Shown piece by piece: positions 51,767 to 61,427 of a stretch of DNA of 64,000 bases (its first letter is position 1; every line of letters begins with the position of its first letter). The stretch lies in the NCBI GenBank assembly GCA_018715625.1, contig DVLG01000054.1, positions 4,160-68,159 on the forward strand. Direction: 5' to 3'. Below the pieces are notes generated by a model that saw only the letters and a program-made list of their open reading frames with translations, did no database searches and was not told the DNA's origin. The translations under genes were made by a program, and so were the position numbers. This DNA is from Candidatus Scatovivens faecipullorum. Lineage in GTDB: Bacteria > Bacillota > Clostridia > TANB77 > CAG-508.

Positions 51767-52738
51767 TTATACAATTAAAATTGCAATTGTTGATGCTACA
51801 AACGTTACTAATGAAAATACTGCAACTACTTTATTTTCTCTCCATCCAGTTAATTCAAAATGATGATGTAATGGAGACATTCTAAATAATCTTTTACCTG
51901 TTTTTCTAAAATATAATACCTGAAATATTACAGATAAAGTTTCAATTACTGGAATTATTGCAATTATTATTAACCAAAGTGGCATTTTTAAATATATTGT
52001 CATACTTGATATTACTCCACCAAGTAAAAGTGATCCTGTATCTCCCATCATTACTTTTGCTTTATAAAAATTATAAATTAAAAATCCTGCACAGCAACCA
52101 ACTACTATTGCCCCAAAAATTGATATATTTTCATATCCTAATTTTACTGCTATTACAGAAATTGCTGTAATCATAATTGCACTTACGCTACCTGCCAGAC
52201 CATCTACTCCATCTGTCAAATTTACTGCATTAGTTGCTGCAAGCATTACAAAAATAGTAAACGGAATATATATCCAGATTGGTAAAATAAAATCATAATT
52301 TATAAAAGGTATAATTATATCTGTTCCTAAATTTGTATAATTTACTAAAAACATTGTATAAATAACTGATATAATTAATAATCCTAGCATTTTTAGTTTT
52401 GGATTTAATCCCTCTGTATTTCTTAAAACTACTTTCTTAAAATCATCTATAAATCCAACAATTCCAAAGCCTATACTTGCTAGTGCTATTGCAACTACTG
52501 GAATAATTTCTTTATTTTCTCTATTCAAAAAACAATATGCTAAAGTAACAACTACAATTGATATTATCATCATAATTCCACCCATTGTAGGTGTTCCTTG
52601 CTTTTTTAAATGAGCTCTTGGTCCATCTAATCTTTCACTTTGCCCAATTTTTAACTTTTTTAATATCGGTATAATAATTTTTCCTAAAATAGCTGTAAGT
52701 ATAAAAGCTATTAATAGGTAAATAATTTGTGTCATCAT
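51767..52738 (-). CDS. mraY: Phospho-N-acetylmuramoyl-pentapeptide transferase
   Basis: KKQGTPTMGG, NAVNLTDGVDGLA and MGDTGSL motifs. The start codon overlaps the murE stop (TAATG). Confidence 0.92.
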   Translation of the reverse strand: MMTQIIYLLIAFILTAILGKIIIPILKKLKIGQSERLDGPRAHLKKQGTPTMGGIMMIISIVVVTLAYCFLNRENKEIIPVVAIALASIGFGIVGFIDDFKKVVLRNTEGLNPKLKMLGLLIISVIYTMFLVNYTNLGTDIIIPFINYDFILPIWIYIPFTIFVMLAATNAVNLTDGVDGLAGSVSAIMITAISVIAVKLGYENISIFGAIVVGCCAGFLIYNFYKAKVMMGDTGSLLLGGVISSMTIYLKMPLWLIIIAIIPVIETLSVIFQVLYFRKTGKRLFRMSPLHHHFELTGWRENKVVAVFSLVTFVASTIAILIV

Positions 52739-54210
52739 TATTTTTTCTCTCCTAATATTTCTTTAACAATTTGTCTTTCATCAAATGGTCTTTTTTCACC
52801 ATTAATTTCTTGATATACTTCATGCCCTTTTCCAGCAAGTATTACTATGTCCCTCTTATTCATCATCTTTATAGCCTTTTCAATAGCTTTTTTTCTGTCT
52901 ACTATTACTTCATATTTGCCTTTAGTTTTTGCAATTCCTTTTTCAATTTGCGCAATTATATCTTCTGGTTTTTCTGTTCTTGGATTATCACTTGTTACAA
53001 TACTATAATCTGCAAGTCGTCCTGCTACTTCTCCCATACGAGGCCTTTTCTCTTTATCTCTATCTCCTCCACATCCAAAAACACATATAACTCTTCCTGG
53101 TGTATATGTTTTTGTTGCTTGTAATATATTTTCTAAACTTTCTGCAGTATGTGCATAATCTATCATAATAGCCAATTCTTCTTTATTAGGAACTAATTCA
53201 TTTCTTCCAGGAACTACAATATTTTCTAAACCTTCCTTTATTTTCTCTGCATCAATGCCTATTGAATTGGCAAATGAAATTGCTGCTAAAGCATTATATA
53301 CACTATATCTACCCGGTATGTTAACTTTTATTCTCTCATTTTTATTTCCAAGCTTTACTTTAAAATCAACACTTATATTGGTAATTGTAATGTCTTTTGC
53401 AAGTAAATCTGCCTTGTTATCTACTGCGTAAGTTTTTATATCACAATTTTTTGCTCCATTTATTATTTTATTGCATTTAAAATCATCACTATTTACAAAA
53501 CCTTTTGGTGTCATTTGAAATAATTTTAATTTTGATTCAAAATATTCATTCATATCCGTATGTTCTTTTAAACTGATATGATCTTTATAAAGATTTGTAA
53601 AAATTGCATAATCAAAATTAGTTCCTTCAACTCTATTTAATTTTAAGCTTTGTGATGATACTTCCATAACTACATAGTCAACTTTTTGTCTTGCCATTTT
53701 ATAAAATAATTCTTGTAGTTCTATGCTCTCTGGTGTTGTTCTATCACTAAATCCTAAACAATCTTCTCCTATATAATTTGCTATTGTTCCAATTAATCCT
53801 ACTTTATAACCAGCTTTTTCTAAAATAGATTTTATCATATATGTTGTTGTTGTCTTTCCTTTTGTTCCTGTAACACCAATAAGTTTAAAATATCTAGATG
53901 GATTTCCAAAAAAATTACATGATACTCTTGCTAAAGCTTTTCTTGTATCATCTGTAATAATTACTGTTATCCCTTTGGGAATATTTATTTTTTTAAAGTC
54001 TGCTGACATATCAAGCATTACAGCTACCGCTCCATTTTTAACAGCTTCTTCTATATATTCATGACCATCAAAATCATATCCTTTTATTGCTACAAACAAA
54101 GAATTTGGTACAACTTTTTTTGAATTAGATGCAACTTTCTTTATATCTAGCTGCATATCTCCTTTTGATTTGAAATTTTCAATTCCTAATAACAATTTTT
54201 TTAATTCCAT
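52738..54210 (-). CDS. murE: UDP-N-acetylmuramoyl-L-alanyl-D-glutamate--(2,6-diaminopimelate or L-lysine) ligase
   Basis: GVTGTKGKTTT P-loop, DYAHT and a DNPR motif near the C-terminus. Confidence 0.88.
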   Translation of the reverse strand: MELKKLLLGIENFKSKGDMQLDIKKVASNSKKVVPNSLFVAIKGYDFDGHEYIEEAVKNGAVAVMLDMSADFKKINIPKGITVIITDDTRKALARVSCNFFGNPSRYFKLIGVTGTKGKTTTTYMIKSILEKAGYKVGLIGTIANYIGEDCLGFSDRTTPESIELQELFYKMARQKVDYVVMEVSSQSLKLNRVEGTNFDYAIFTNLYKDHISLKEHTDMNEYFESKLKLFQMTPKGFVNSDDFKCNKIINGAKNCDIKTYAVDNKADLLAKDITITNISVDFKVKLGNKNERIKVNIPGRYSVYNALAAISFANSIGIDAEKIKEGLENIVVPGRNELVPNKEELAIMIDYAHTAESLENILQATKTYTPGRVICVFGCGGDRDKEKRPRMGEVAGRLADYSIVTSDNPRTEKPEDIIAQIEKGIAKTKGKYEVIVDRKKAIEKAIKMMNKRDIVILAGKGHEVYQEINGEKRPFDERQIVKEILGEKK

Positions 54211-54373
54211 TAGATTTCATCCCTCCGAAATTTATAAAATTAATATAAAATTTTATATTAATTTAAAATATTTTTTTAAAATTCTTAAACTAAAAATTTA
54301 TAGTATCATTTTTGCATTTATTCAATGATATTATATAGTAAATTCCTTTTTTTGTATAGTTACTTTAATTAAT

Positions 54374-56165
54374 TTATTCATTTTCTTCACTACTTGGTTC
54401 TAATTCTAAATAATTTATTACTTCATTTAAAATTTTTCCAGCTACTGGAGCAGCTACTGTTCCTCCCTGATGACCAGATGCTCCTGTAGGATTATATAAA
54501 GTTATTAATATAGCAACTTGAGGATCATCTGTTGGAGCCACTCCTAAAAATGATGTTACATATTTTCCTGTATTTACACCATCTTCTGAAGTTCCTGTTT
54601 TTCCACCAACATTATAACCTTGAACCCTTGCATTTTTTCCAGTACCTTCTGATACTACAGATGTCATCATACTTAAAACTTTTTTTGATGTTTCTTCTGA
54701 TATAACTTGATTTTTATATTCTGTAGCTATTTCTTGTTTTTCTCCTGTTTTAGAATCTACTATTGCTTTTACAACTCTTGGCTTTACATATAAACCATCA
54801 TTTGCTATTGTAGATACCATTGTTATCATTTGAATCGGTGTTACTTCGAATCTTTGACCAAAACTTATTGTTGCAAGTTCAACTGGTCCTACTTTATCTT
54901 CCTTTAAAAATATAGAACCTGCTTCACCTATTAAATCTATTCCCGTCTTTTCCAAAAAACCAAATTTTCTTAAATATTCATAATATTTTGTTACACCCAG
55001 TTTTTGACCTAATCCTATGAATATAGGATTGCATGAATTCATCAAAGCTTCTCTTAAGCTCTGTGATCCGTGAGGTCTATAATATCTCCAACATCTTATT
55101 CTCGTTCCAGCAATTTCTATACTTCCAGAACAATTATAAGCACCAGAAATATCAGTATCTGCTATTTTTTCTTCCAAAGCTGCTGAAGCTGTAACTAGTT
55201 TAAAAGTTGAACCGTGGTTCATAAGTATCTGCTATAGCTTTATTTCTCCACATTCCTTGCAAATATGTATTTTTTTGTGAACTATCAAGTTCACTCCAAA
55301 TATTTTGTATTTCATCATTATTTATAGTATATGGGTCATTTAAATCATAAAAAGGATATGTCGCCATTGCAAGTATATCTCCATTTTGTGGATTCATTAA
55401 TATTACATTTCCACCATCTGTACAAACATTTTCTATACATGCTTGTTGAAGATATTTTTCAGCTATTGCTTGAATATTCATATCTATTGTTAAAATTATA
55501 TCATTTCCTTGAGTTGCTTTTTCATATTCTTCTCCACTATCACCTATTATATTTCCCTTAGCATCTAACATTTTGCTAATACTACCATTTTCACCTGTAA
55601 GAACTTTGTCATATTTTGCTTCTATACCATCTAATCCTTGATTATCACTTCCTACAAAACCAATAATATGAGAAGCAAGAGTAGAATATGGATAATACCT
55701 TTTAGTATCTTCATCAATGTTTATTCCAGTATACAAATTATTTTCTTCCATCCAAACTCTCAATTGATCTGTTTTTTCCTTATCAACTCTCTTTACAATA
55801 GTTTCTATTGAACTATTTCTATTCACTTTTTTTAAAACCTTTTCATAATCCAATTCGAAAATCTCTGATAAAGCTTTTGATACCTTTTCTTTATTTTCTG
55901 CACTTATATTTACCGGATTAACAGTTACTGTTTCTACAGTACTACTTTGAGCAAGTATTATTTCTCCACTTGAATCAAAAATTGTTCCTCTCCCTGCAAT
56001 AATACTTCTACTAACATATTGCTGATTTTCTGACCTTGTTTTCCATTTCTCGCCTTCTATAAACTGTATAATCCCAACTCTAATAATCAATATTATCCAT
56101 ATAATATTAACAACAATTAAAATAAAAATCATTCTTTTTTTTGAGTTTAATTTACTACCTAACAT
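54374..56165 (-). pseudogene. Class B penicillin-binding protein (FtsI/PBP2B-like) interrupted by a one-base frameshift
   Basis: ORF 55200..56165 carries the TM and the dimerisation domain and ends ...DTYEPRFNF*. ORF 54374..55222 begins MNHGSTFK and holds the SxxK, SCN and KTGT transpeptidase motifs. Skipping one base in GAA CCA C GGT TCA restores YEPGSTFK. Confidence 0.8.
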
Positions 56166-56298
56166 TCATTTCCTCCAATGTTCCAATAGTAAATTTTATT
56201 ATTTAAATTAAAAAAAAGACCTATTTATAACACAAAATATAACATAAATCAAAATATGCACAAAAAAATACAAAAACCATTTTCAAAGCTTTTGTATT

Positions 56299-56844
56299 TT
56301 AAAATATATTTTTAATTTTTTCTAAAAGATTATCAAAAAAACTTTTTTCTTCTTCTATTATTACTTCTTCGGTTTTAGGCTCAACATAATCTTTTTTAGG
56401 AAGATTAATATATACAATTTGTTTTGGAGAAATTTTTTGCATTCCCAATAATTCTCTTGCCTTTTGCTCTATATTATTTATATTAGAATTATTTTGTATA
56501 CTTATTTCAAGTTGGTCATTTTCTTTCTCTATTGATGTAATCTGTGCTTTTAAATCTTGAATTTTTGAAAAAGCTTCACTAAGTTGGGAATTTCTAATAA
56601 GCATGAAAAATATTATTCCAAAAAGTAATAAACATTTTACAAAAACTAAAACTTTTGTTTTTCCAACCAACTTTTTTTGTTTTTTTATTTCTTCTTGCTT
56701 TTTATTCTTAATATTTGTTCTATTTTTGGTTGCAGTAGAAGATTTTTTAGTAGTTTTTTTAACTTTCTTTCTTGGACTATTATAGTCTGGTTTAATTTTT
56801 CTAGGACTTGTTTCATATTGATAACCATAATTTCTACTATTCAT
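56299..56844 (-). CDS. ftsL: FtsL/DivIC-like septum formation initiator
   Basis: Basic N-terminus, single TM, then the coiled coil LKAQITSIEKENDQLEISIQ. Positioned between rsmH and the PBP gene. Confidence 0.65.
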   Translation of the reverse strand: MNSRNYGYQYETSPRKIKPDYNSPRKKVKKTTKKSSTATKNRTNIKNKKQEEIKKQKKLVGKTKVLVFVKCLLLFGIIFFMLIRNSQLSEAFSKIQDLKAQITSIEKENDQLEISIQNNSNINNIEQKARELLGMQKISPKQIVYINLPKKDYVEPKTEEVIIEEEKSFFDNLLEKIKNIF

Positions 56845-56883
56845 GCCTTTATTCCTCCTTTCTTTAGTATCTTTTAAAATATA

Positions 56884-57810
56884 TTATTTCTTTTCAAAAA
56901 TTCGTAATTTAGCACTTTTACTTCTTGAATTTTCTTGCAATTCTGCTTCTTTAGGCAATAAAGGTTTTTTTGTTATTATTTTTCCTTTTGATTTTGCACC
57001 ACATACACAATAAGGTAAATCTGGTGGACAAGTACACTTTCCTATAGAATCATTAAATGCATTTTTTACTGCTCTATCTTCTAAAGAGTGAAAAGTAATT
57101 ACACACAATCTTCCACCTGAATTTAAAACATCTATTGAATCAATTATTGTTTGATAAAGTGGTTTTATCTCATTATTTACTTCTATTCTTATAGCTTGAA
57201 AAGTTCTTTTTGCTGGATGCCCTTCTTTATTTCTTCTAGGTACTATTCCTTCGATTATTTTTACAAGTTCGTCTGTTGTTTCAATTTCTTTATTTTTTCT
57301 ATAATCTACAATTTTTCTTGCTATTGCTCTAGAAAATCTTTCCTCTCCATATTCAAAAATAATTTTTGACAAATTTTCTTCACTATATTCATTAATAACT
57401 TTTTTAGCTGTTAATTCTTGAGTTTTATCCATTCTCATATCAAGAGTCGCATCTTTCATATAACTAAAGCCTCTATTTCTTTCATCTAATTGATATGAAG
57501 AAACCCCTAAGTCTAATAGTATTCCATCAACTCCTGTTATATCTAACTTTTCTAATATATTTTTAATATTGTCATGATTATCATGAACAAATTTTATATT
57601 ATTAAATTCTTTTAATCTTTCTTTTGCAACACAAATAGCTTCTTCATCTCTATCAATTCCTATAAGAAGCCCCTCTTTTGATATTCTTTTAGCTATCTCT
57701 TTGCTATGCCCTGCACCTCCCATAGTTCCATCTACATAGATTCCATTAGGTTTTATTGAAAGTCCTTCAATACATTCTTCTAGCATAACAGACTTATGAT
57801 TAAATTCCAA
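56884..57810 (-). CDS. rsmH: 16S rRNA (cytosine1402-N4)-methyltransferase
   Basis: HKSVML.E, DGT.GGAGHS, DLGVSS.QLD and SLEDR motifs. TTG start with a GAGGG RBS. Confidence 0.9.
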   Translation of the reverse strand: MEFNHKSVMLEECIEGLSIKPNGIYVDGTMGGAGHSKEIAKRISKEGLLIGIDRDEEAICVAKERLKEFNNIKFVHDNHDNIKNILEKLDITGVDGILLDLGVSSYQLDERNRGFSYMKDATLDMRMDKTQELTAKKVINEYSEENLSKIIFEYGEERFSRAIARKIVDYRKNKEIETTDELVKIIEGIVPRRNKEGHPAKRTFQAIRIEVNNEIKPLYQTIIDSIDVLNSGGRLCVITFHSLEDRAVKNAFNDSIGKCTCPPDLPYCVCGAKSKGKIITKKPLLPKEAELQENSRSKSAKLRIFEKK

Positions 57811-57859
57811 ATTACTACCCTCATGATAATTTTGCCTTATAGCATAAACAGTTGGTAAG

Positions 57860-57888
57860 ATTATACCAACTGTCTTGCTAAATTGTAA
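57860..57888 (-). promoter_or_regulatory. Putative internal promoter for rsmH and downstream dcw genes
   Basis: Minus-strand TTACAA, 17 nt, TATAAT, with an extended -10 TG (TGGTATAAT). It overlaps a 9-bp hairpin (57849-57872). Confidence 0.4.
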
Positions 57889-57893
57889 TTTTA

Positions 57894-58118
57894 TCTTTTG
57901 TAATTTTAATCTTTTTCTCTTTTGTATTTCAAAATTCTTTTGTATTATATATTTTTACCTTAGTAAATTATATATTTTTCTTTAGTATTACAAAATTTCT
58001 TTTGTAACTTATTCAATTATCTTTAGTTATCTAAAGATTTTATCTTTTGTATGCTTCATCTTTTGTAACTGTTTTCTTTTGTAAACTTAATCTTTTGTAC
58101 TTTATTTTTTCTTTTGTG
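57894..58118 (-). repeat. Array of nine direct repeats, TACAAAAGA on the coding strand
   Basis: Plus-strand TCTTTTGTA at 57894, 57918, 57936, 57998, 58043, 58059, 58075 and 58091, plus the variant TCTTTTGTG at 58110. Four consecutive copies are spaced exactly 16 bp apart. Confidence 0.85.
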
Positions 58119-58138
58119 ACTATATAAACTTTAGCAAG

Positions 58139-58564
58139 TTATATACCAAGCATTTCCATTTTTTCAGCTATTTCATCAGCTGAAATTTCATCATCTGTAT
58201 TTTGCCATTTATCTTTACTCCAAATTTCAAGTCTTGAATCCATACCAATAATTACTACTTCTTTTGTAAGTTCAGCAAATTCTCTTAAATTACTCGAAAT
58301 TAGAAATCTGCCTTGTTTATCGATTTCACAATCAATGGCTCCAGCGAAGAAAAATCTTGAGAAAGCTCTGGCATCTTTGTTAGAAATTGGAAGTGATCTT
58401 AGTTTTTGTTCAAAGTTTTTCCATTCTTCTAATGAAAAAGCAAATAAACAACCATCAAGTCCTTTGGTTATTATGAACTTTTCTCCAATGTCTTCTCTAA
58501 GCTTTGCTGGCATGATTAATCTGCCCTTAGCATCTAGAGAATGCTCATATTCGCCAATTAGCAA
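58139..58564 (-). CDS. mraZ: Transcriptional regulator MraZ
   Basis: 141 aa with two SpoVT-AbrB repeats ([14 protein letters not shown] and [14 protein letters not shown]). TTG start with an AGGAGA RBS. Confidence 0.9.
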   Translation of the reverse strand: MLIGEYEHSLDAKGRLIMPAKLREDIGEKFIITKGLDGCLFAFSLEEWKNFEQKLRSLPISNKDARAFSRFFFAGAIDCEIDKQGRFLISSNLREFAELTKEVVIIGMDSRLEIWSKDKWQNTDDEISADEIAEKMEMLGI

Positions 58565-58591
58565 CTCGATACATCTCCTTTCATTTTTCTA

Positions 58592-58617
58592 CCACTTTAT
58601 ACCACTTCTCTCCACTT
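58592..58617 (-). promoter_or_regulatory. Putative MraZ operator: three AAGTGG direct repeats at 10-bp spacing
   Basis: Plus-strand CCACTT at 58592, 58602 and 58612. On the coding strand this reads GAAGTGGagaGAAGTGGtatAAAGTGG, between the promoter -10 and the mraZ RBS. Confidence 0.65.
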
Positions 58618-58624
58618 CAATTAA

Positions 58625-58653
58625 ATTTTAATATATAACATTTTATTTTGCAA
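58625..58653 (-). promoter_or_regulatory. Sigma-A promoter of the dcw operon (Pmra)
   Basis: Minus-strand TTGCAA, 17 nt, TAAAAT, immediately upstream of the MraZ boxes. Confidence 0.55.
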
Positions 58654-58831
58654 GTATTTTTTAATATTTTTTTAAAAATTTTATTTTAATATCAAATATT
58701 TATATTTTAACTACATATAAAAGAGTTATAAATTTTACATTTCAATAATGATTAATAAATTAAATATACTATATATTGATTGTTTTTATAAAATTATGAT
58801 AAAATCTTTTCATAATTTAAGGAGATTTAGA

Positions 58832-59320
58832 ATGACTGAAATACAACTAACCGGTTTATTTTTAAACTTTATAATATATTTAATAATGATTTTTCCAGTA
58901 ATAATTATTTCTTTAAATAAAAAAAATTACGAAAATAAAAATCATTTTATTTCAATTGTTATTTTTAGTTTTATAATTGAAATAATCTTATCTTTTTCTT
59001 TATATAAATTTTCTCCAAATATATTTAGTTTTTTTTCAAATACTCCTGGAATAGTAAACTATTCTGTATATGCCTCAAAAATTTTATTTATAAGTAGTAG
59101 TTTATTTGGAATAAAAATTTTATTTCCTGTATATTTAATTCAAAATAATATGAAAAAAAAATCAGCAATTCTTGTTTTTTCAAAAATTGCCGTTTTGCTT
59201 ATTTTTATCCTTATTGGATATAATCTATTTAACTTTAAAGGATTGCTATTTGCATTTCCAGTATCTGATTTAATTTTTTATATAATTTATATTATTGTAT
59301 TTTTAAATATTATTAGATAA
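58832..59320 (+). CDS. Hypothetical polytopic membrane protein, possibly a remnant of a MATE/MOP-family C-terminal half
   Basis: I prefer the start at 58832 (RBS AGGAGA) over 58748. Four or five TM helices. The resemblance to MATE C-terminal helices is weak and based on pattern only. Confidence 0.4.
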   Translation: MTEIQLTGLFLNFIIYLIMIFPVIIISLNKKNYENKNHFISIVIFSFIIEIILSFSLYKFSPNIFSFFSNTPGIVNYSVYASKILFISSSLFGIKILFPVYLIQNNMKKKSAILVFSKIAVLLIFILIGYNLFNFKGLLFAFPVSDLIFYIIYIIVFLNIIR

Positions 59321-59854
59321 TATATCTAGATTCGCCTCTAAAGCATCTCTTGTTGTAAGCCCTGCTTTTGCATTCATAATACTATTATCTTCTGCTATAT
59401 AAATCATTGATGGAAACTCTGAAATATTATACTTTAATACACCTTCTTTATATAAATCATAATATATTTCCATAGAAATACTATTTTTTATTTCATCACT
59501 AACTTTTTCTGTAGTATTAATCATAAAAAAATTAATTTTATCTTTATATTTTTCATACATTTCATTTACTCTTTTTAACATCTCCACAGCGTCTTCTGTA
59601 TCTTCATTCCAAAATAAAATCATTACTGGTTTATCTTTATAATTTGATAATCTTACTTCACTTCTATCTTCTCTATAAAATACAAAATCTGTATAATCCA
59701 CATCTTCTAAATCTTTTGTTTTAGAAACTTCTTCTACTTCTATATTATTTTGACTATTTTCTTTTTTTGAATTGATTGAAAAAATTAAAAAAACTAATGC
59801 CAAACAAAATATAATAATACCAATTATTAAAATAATAACATTTTTTTTATTCAC
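59303..59854 (-). CDS. Membrane-anchored thioredoxin-fold (TlpA/ResA-like) protein lacking the CXXC motif
   Basis: N-terminal TM. KPVMILFWNEDTEDAVEML aligns where TlpA-like proteins have FWATWCPPC. The FPSMIYI..DNSI region resembles the cis-Pro loop. Confidence 0.5.
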   Translation of the reverse strand: MNKKNVIILIIGIIIFCLALVFLIFSINSKKENSQNNIEVEEVSKTKDLEDVDYTDFVFYREDRSEVRLSNYKDKPVMILFWNEDTEDAVEMLKRVNEMYEKYKDKINFFMINTTEKVSDEIKNSISMEIYYDLYKEGVLKYNISEFPSMIYIAEDNSIMNAKAGLTTRDALEANLDILSNNI

Positions 59855-60084
59855 TTTCTATACTCCCTTCATTTGTGTTTTATTATATAAAATTTATATA
59901 ATAATTTTTATCAGTCTGTTAAACCAATATTTTTTCATATTATTACATACAATCTTATATAATAAGTATTCTTATTTTTATAAATTTTATCAATAAAAAT
60001 TTTATTTGTAAATAATACTGTTAAAATATTGTATTTTTAAATAAATTATGCTATATTGCTATATTATAGAGAAAGGAGGTTTTT

Positions 60085-60396
60085 ATGGATTTAGAATTTT
60101 TTGAAAATAAAAAGAATGTTTTAAATAATGATTTTTCAAAAGAACTTGAAAAATCTATTTTAAAATCTAATATATCTTATTCCATAGATAGGTTTGAAGG
60201 AGAATACGCTATATGTGAAAATAGAGAAACTAAAGAATTTATTAATATAAAAAAAGATTTGCTTCCCAAAAATTGTAAATCTGGTGATATTATTACTTTA
60301 AAAAATGGAGAATATGTTTTAGATGTAGAAACTACACAAAAAGAAAAAGATGAAATAAAACACTTAGTAGATAATCTTTTTAAAAAAAAGAAATAA
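60085..60396 (+). CDS. DUF3006-like small protein
   Basis: SIDRFEGEYAICENRE...LPKNCKSGDIITL pattern. RBS AAGGAGG. Confidence 0.5.
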   Translation: MDLEFFENKKNVLNNDFSKELEKSILKSNISYSIDRFEGEYAICENRETKEFINIKKDLLPKNCKSGDIITLKNGEYVLDVETTQKEKDEIKHLVDNLFKKKK

Positions 60397-60419
60397 CCTT
60401 TTTACTTCATCTTTAAACC

Positions 60420-61427
60420 TTATTTATTTCCATCTAAACTTATGTCTATTTTTCTAAGTTCTTGATTATTTCCATCACTAATAATTTGAATTGTTCCATC
60501 TAAATCTGTTCTGTAAATTTCTGTTCCTATTTTTTTCAATCTATCAATTATTTTTTCTTTTGGTAATCCATAAGAATTTTCTGCACCTACTGAAATTATT
60601 GCAATCTCTGGAGATACTTGATTTAAGAAATTTATTGAACTACTAGTATTTGAACCATGATGTCCTACCTTTAAAACATCTACATCATTCCACGTTCTTT
60701 CTTCTTCATTTTTAGTTTCAGCATCTCCCATAAATAAATATTTTTTATTTCCATAAGTTAGCTCTAATACTATTGAAGATTCATTTGCATTTTCAGGTTC
60801 GTCATTTCTTACACTCATTACTTCACAAATTATATTTGAAAGTTCTATTTTATCTCCGATAACAGTTTCATTAATGCTTAAATTTTTATTTGCAAGTGAT
60901 TTTAACAAATTTTTATAATAACTAGAAGTAGTTTGTGTATTATAAGGTAAATAAAATTCTCCTATCTCAAAATTATCTATAATAAAACTCATTCCTCCAA
61001 TATGATCTTCATGAACATGTGTACCTATAACATAATCCAATTTTGAAATTCCTAAAGTTTTTATCGCATTTACTATTTTTTCACCATCTTTTGTATTTCC
61101 CGCATCAATAAGCATAGTTTTATTATCATAAATAATTAATTCGCTATCTGCTTGTCCAACATCAAAAAATAATATATTTAGCTTTCCTTTTTCTATGGAA
61201 ATATTTTTTGAGACACTTTCTACAATTTGTTCATCTATTTTCACTTTGGCTGCTGTAGAAATATTTGAATTTTCAACAGTCCTTATTTGATTTGCAAATT
61301 CACTATTTCCAACATAATCATCAATATATTTTAATACACCTGTTTTATCTGCTATAATAATAATTAAAATTAAAGCAGATAAAACAATTAACTCTTTTAC
61401 TTTATTATTTTTCTTTTTTCTTCCCAT
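60420..61427 (-). CDS. Membrane-anchored MBL-fold metallo-hydrolase (ComEC C-terminal domain-like)
   Basis: N-terminal TM. DVGQADS, HVHEDHIGG and VGHHGS motifs. Confidence 0.75.
   Translation of the reverse strand: MGRKKKNNKVKELIVLSALILIIIIADKTGVLKYIDDYVGNSEFANQIRTVENSNISTAAKVKIDEQIVESVSKNISIEKGKLNILFFDVGQADSELIIYDNKTMLIDAGNTKDGEKIVNAIKTLGISKLDYVIGTHVHEDHIGGMSFIIDNFEIGEFYLPYNTQTTSSYYKNLLKSLANKNLSINETVIGDKIELSNIICEVMSVRNDEPENANESSIVLELTYGNKKYLFMGDAETKNEEERTWNDVDVLKVGHHGSNTSSSINFLNQVSPEIAIISVGAENSYGLPKEKIIDRLKKIGTEIYRTDLDGTIQIISDGNNQELRKIDISLDGNK

Noticed and set aside
54374-55222. Treating the C-terminal PBP ORF (MNHGSTFK...) as an independent, functional transpeptidase gene.
   Set aside because: It has no signal peptide or TM. 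Its ATG lies inside the upstream ORF with no RBS. The junction restores the YEPGSTFK consensus after removal of one base. A frameshifted single gene is the simpler reading.
57894-58118. Whether the TACAAAAGA repeat array could be a CRISPR array.
   Set aside because: The repeats are only 9 bp with 7-10 bp (or irregular) spacers. No cas genes or leader are present. The dimensions do not fit CRISPR.
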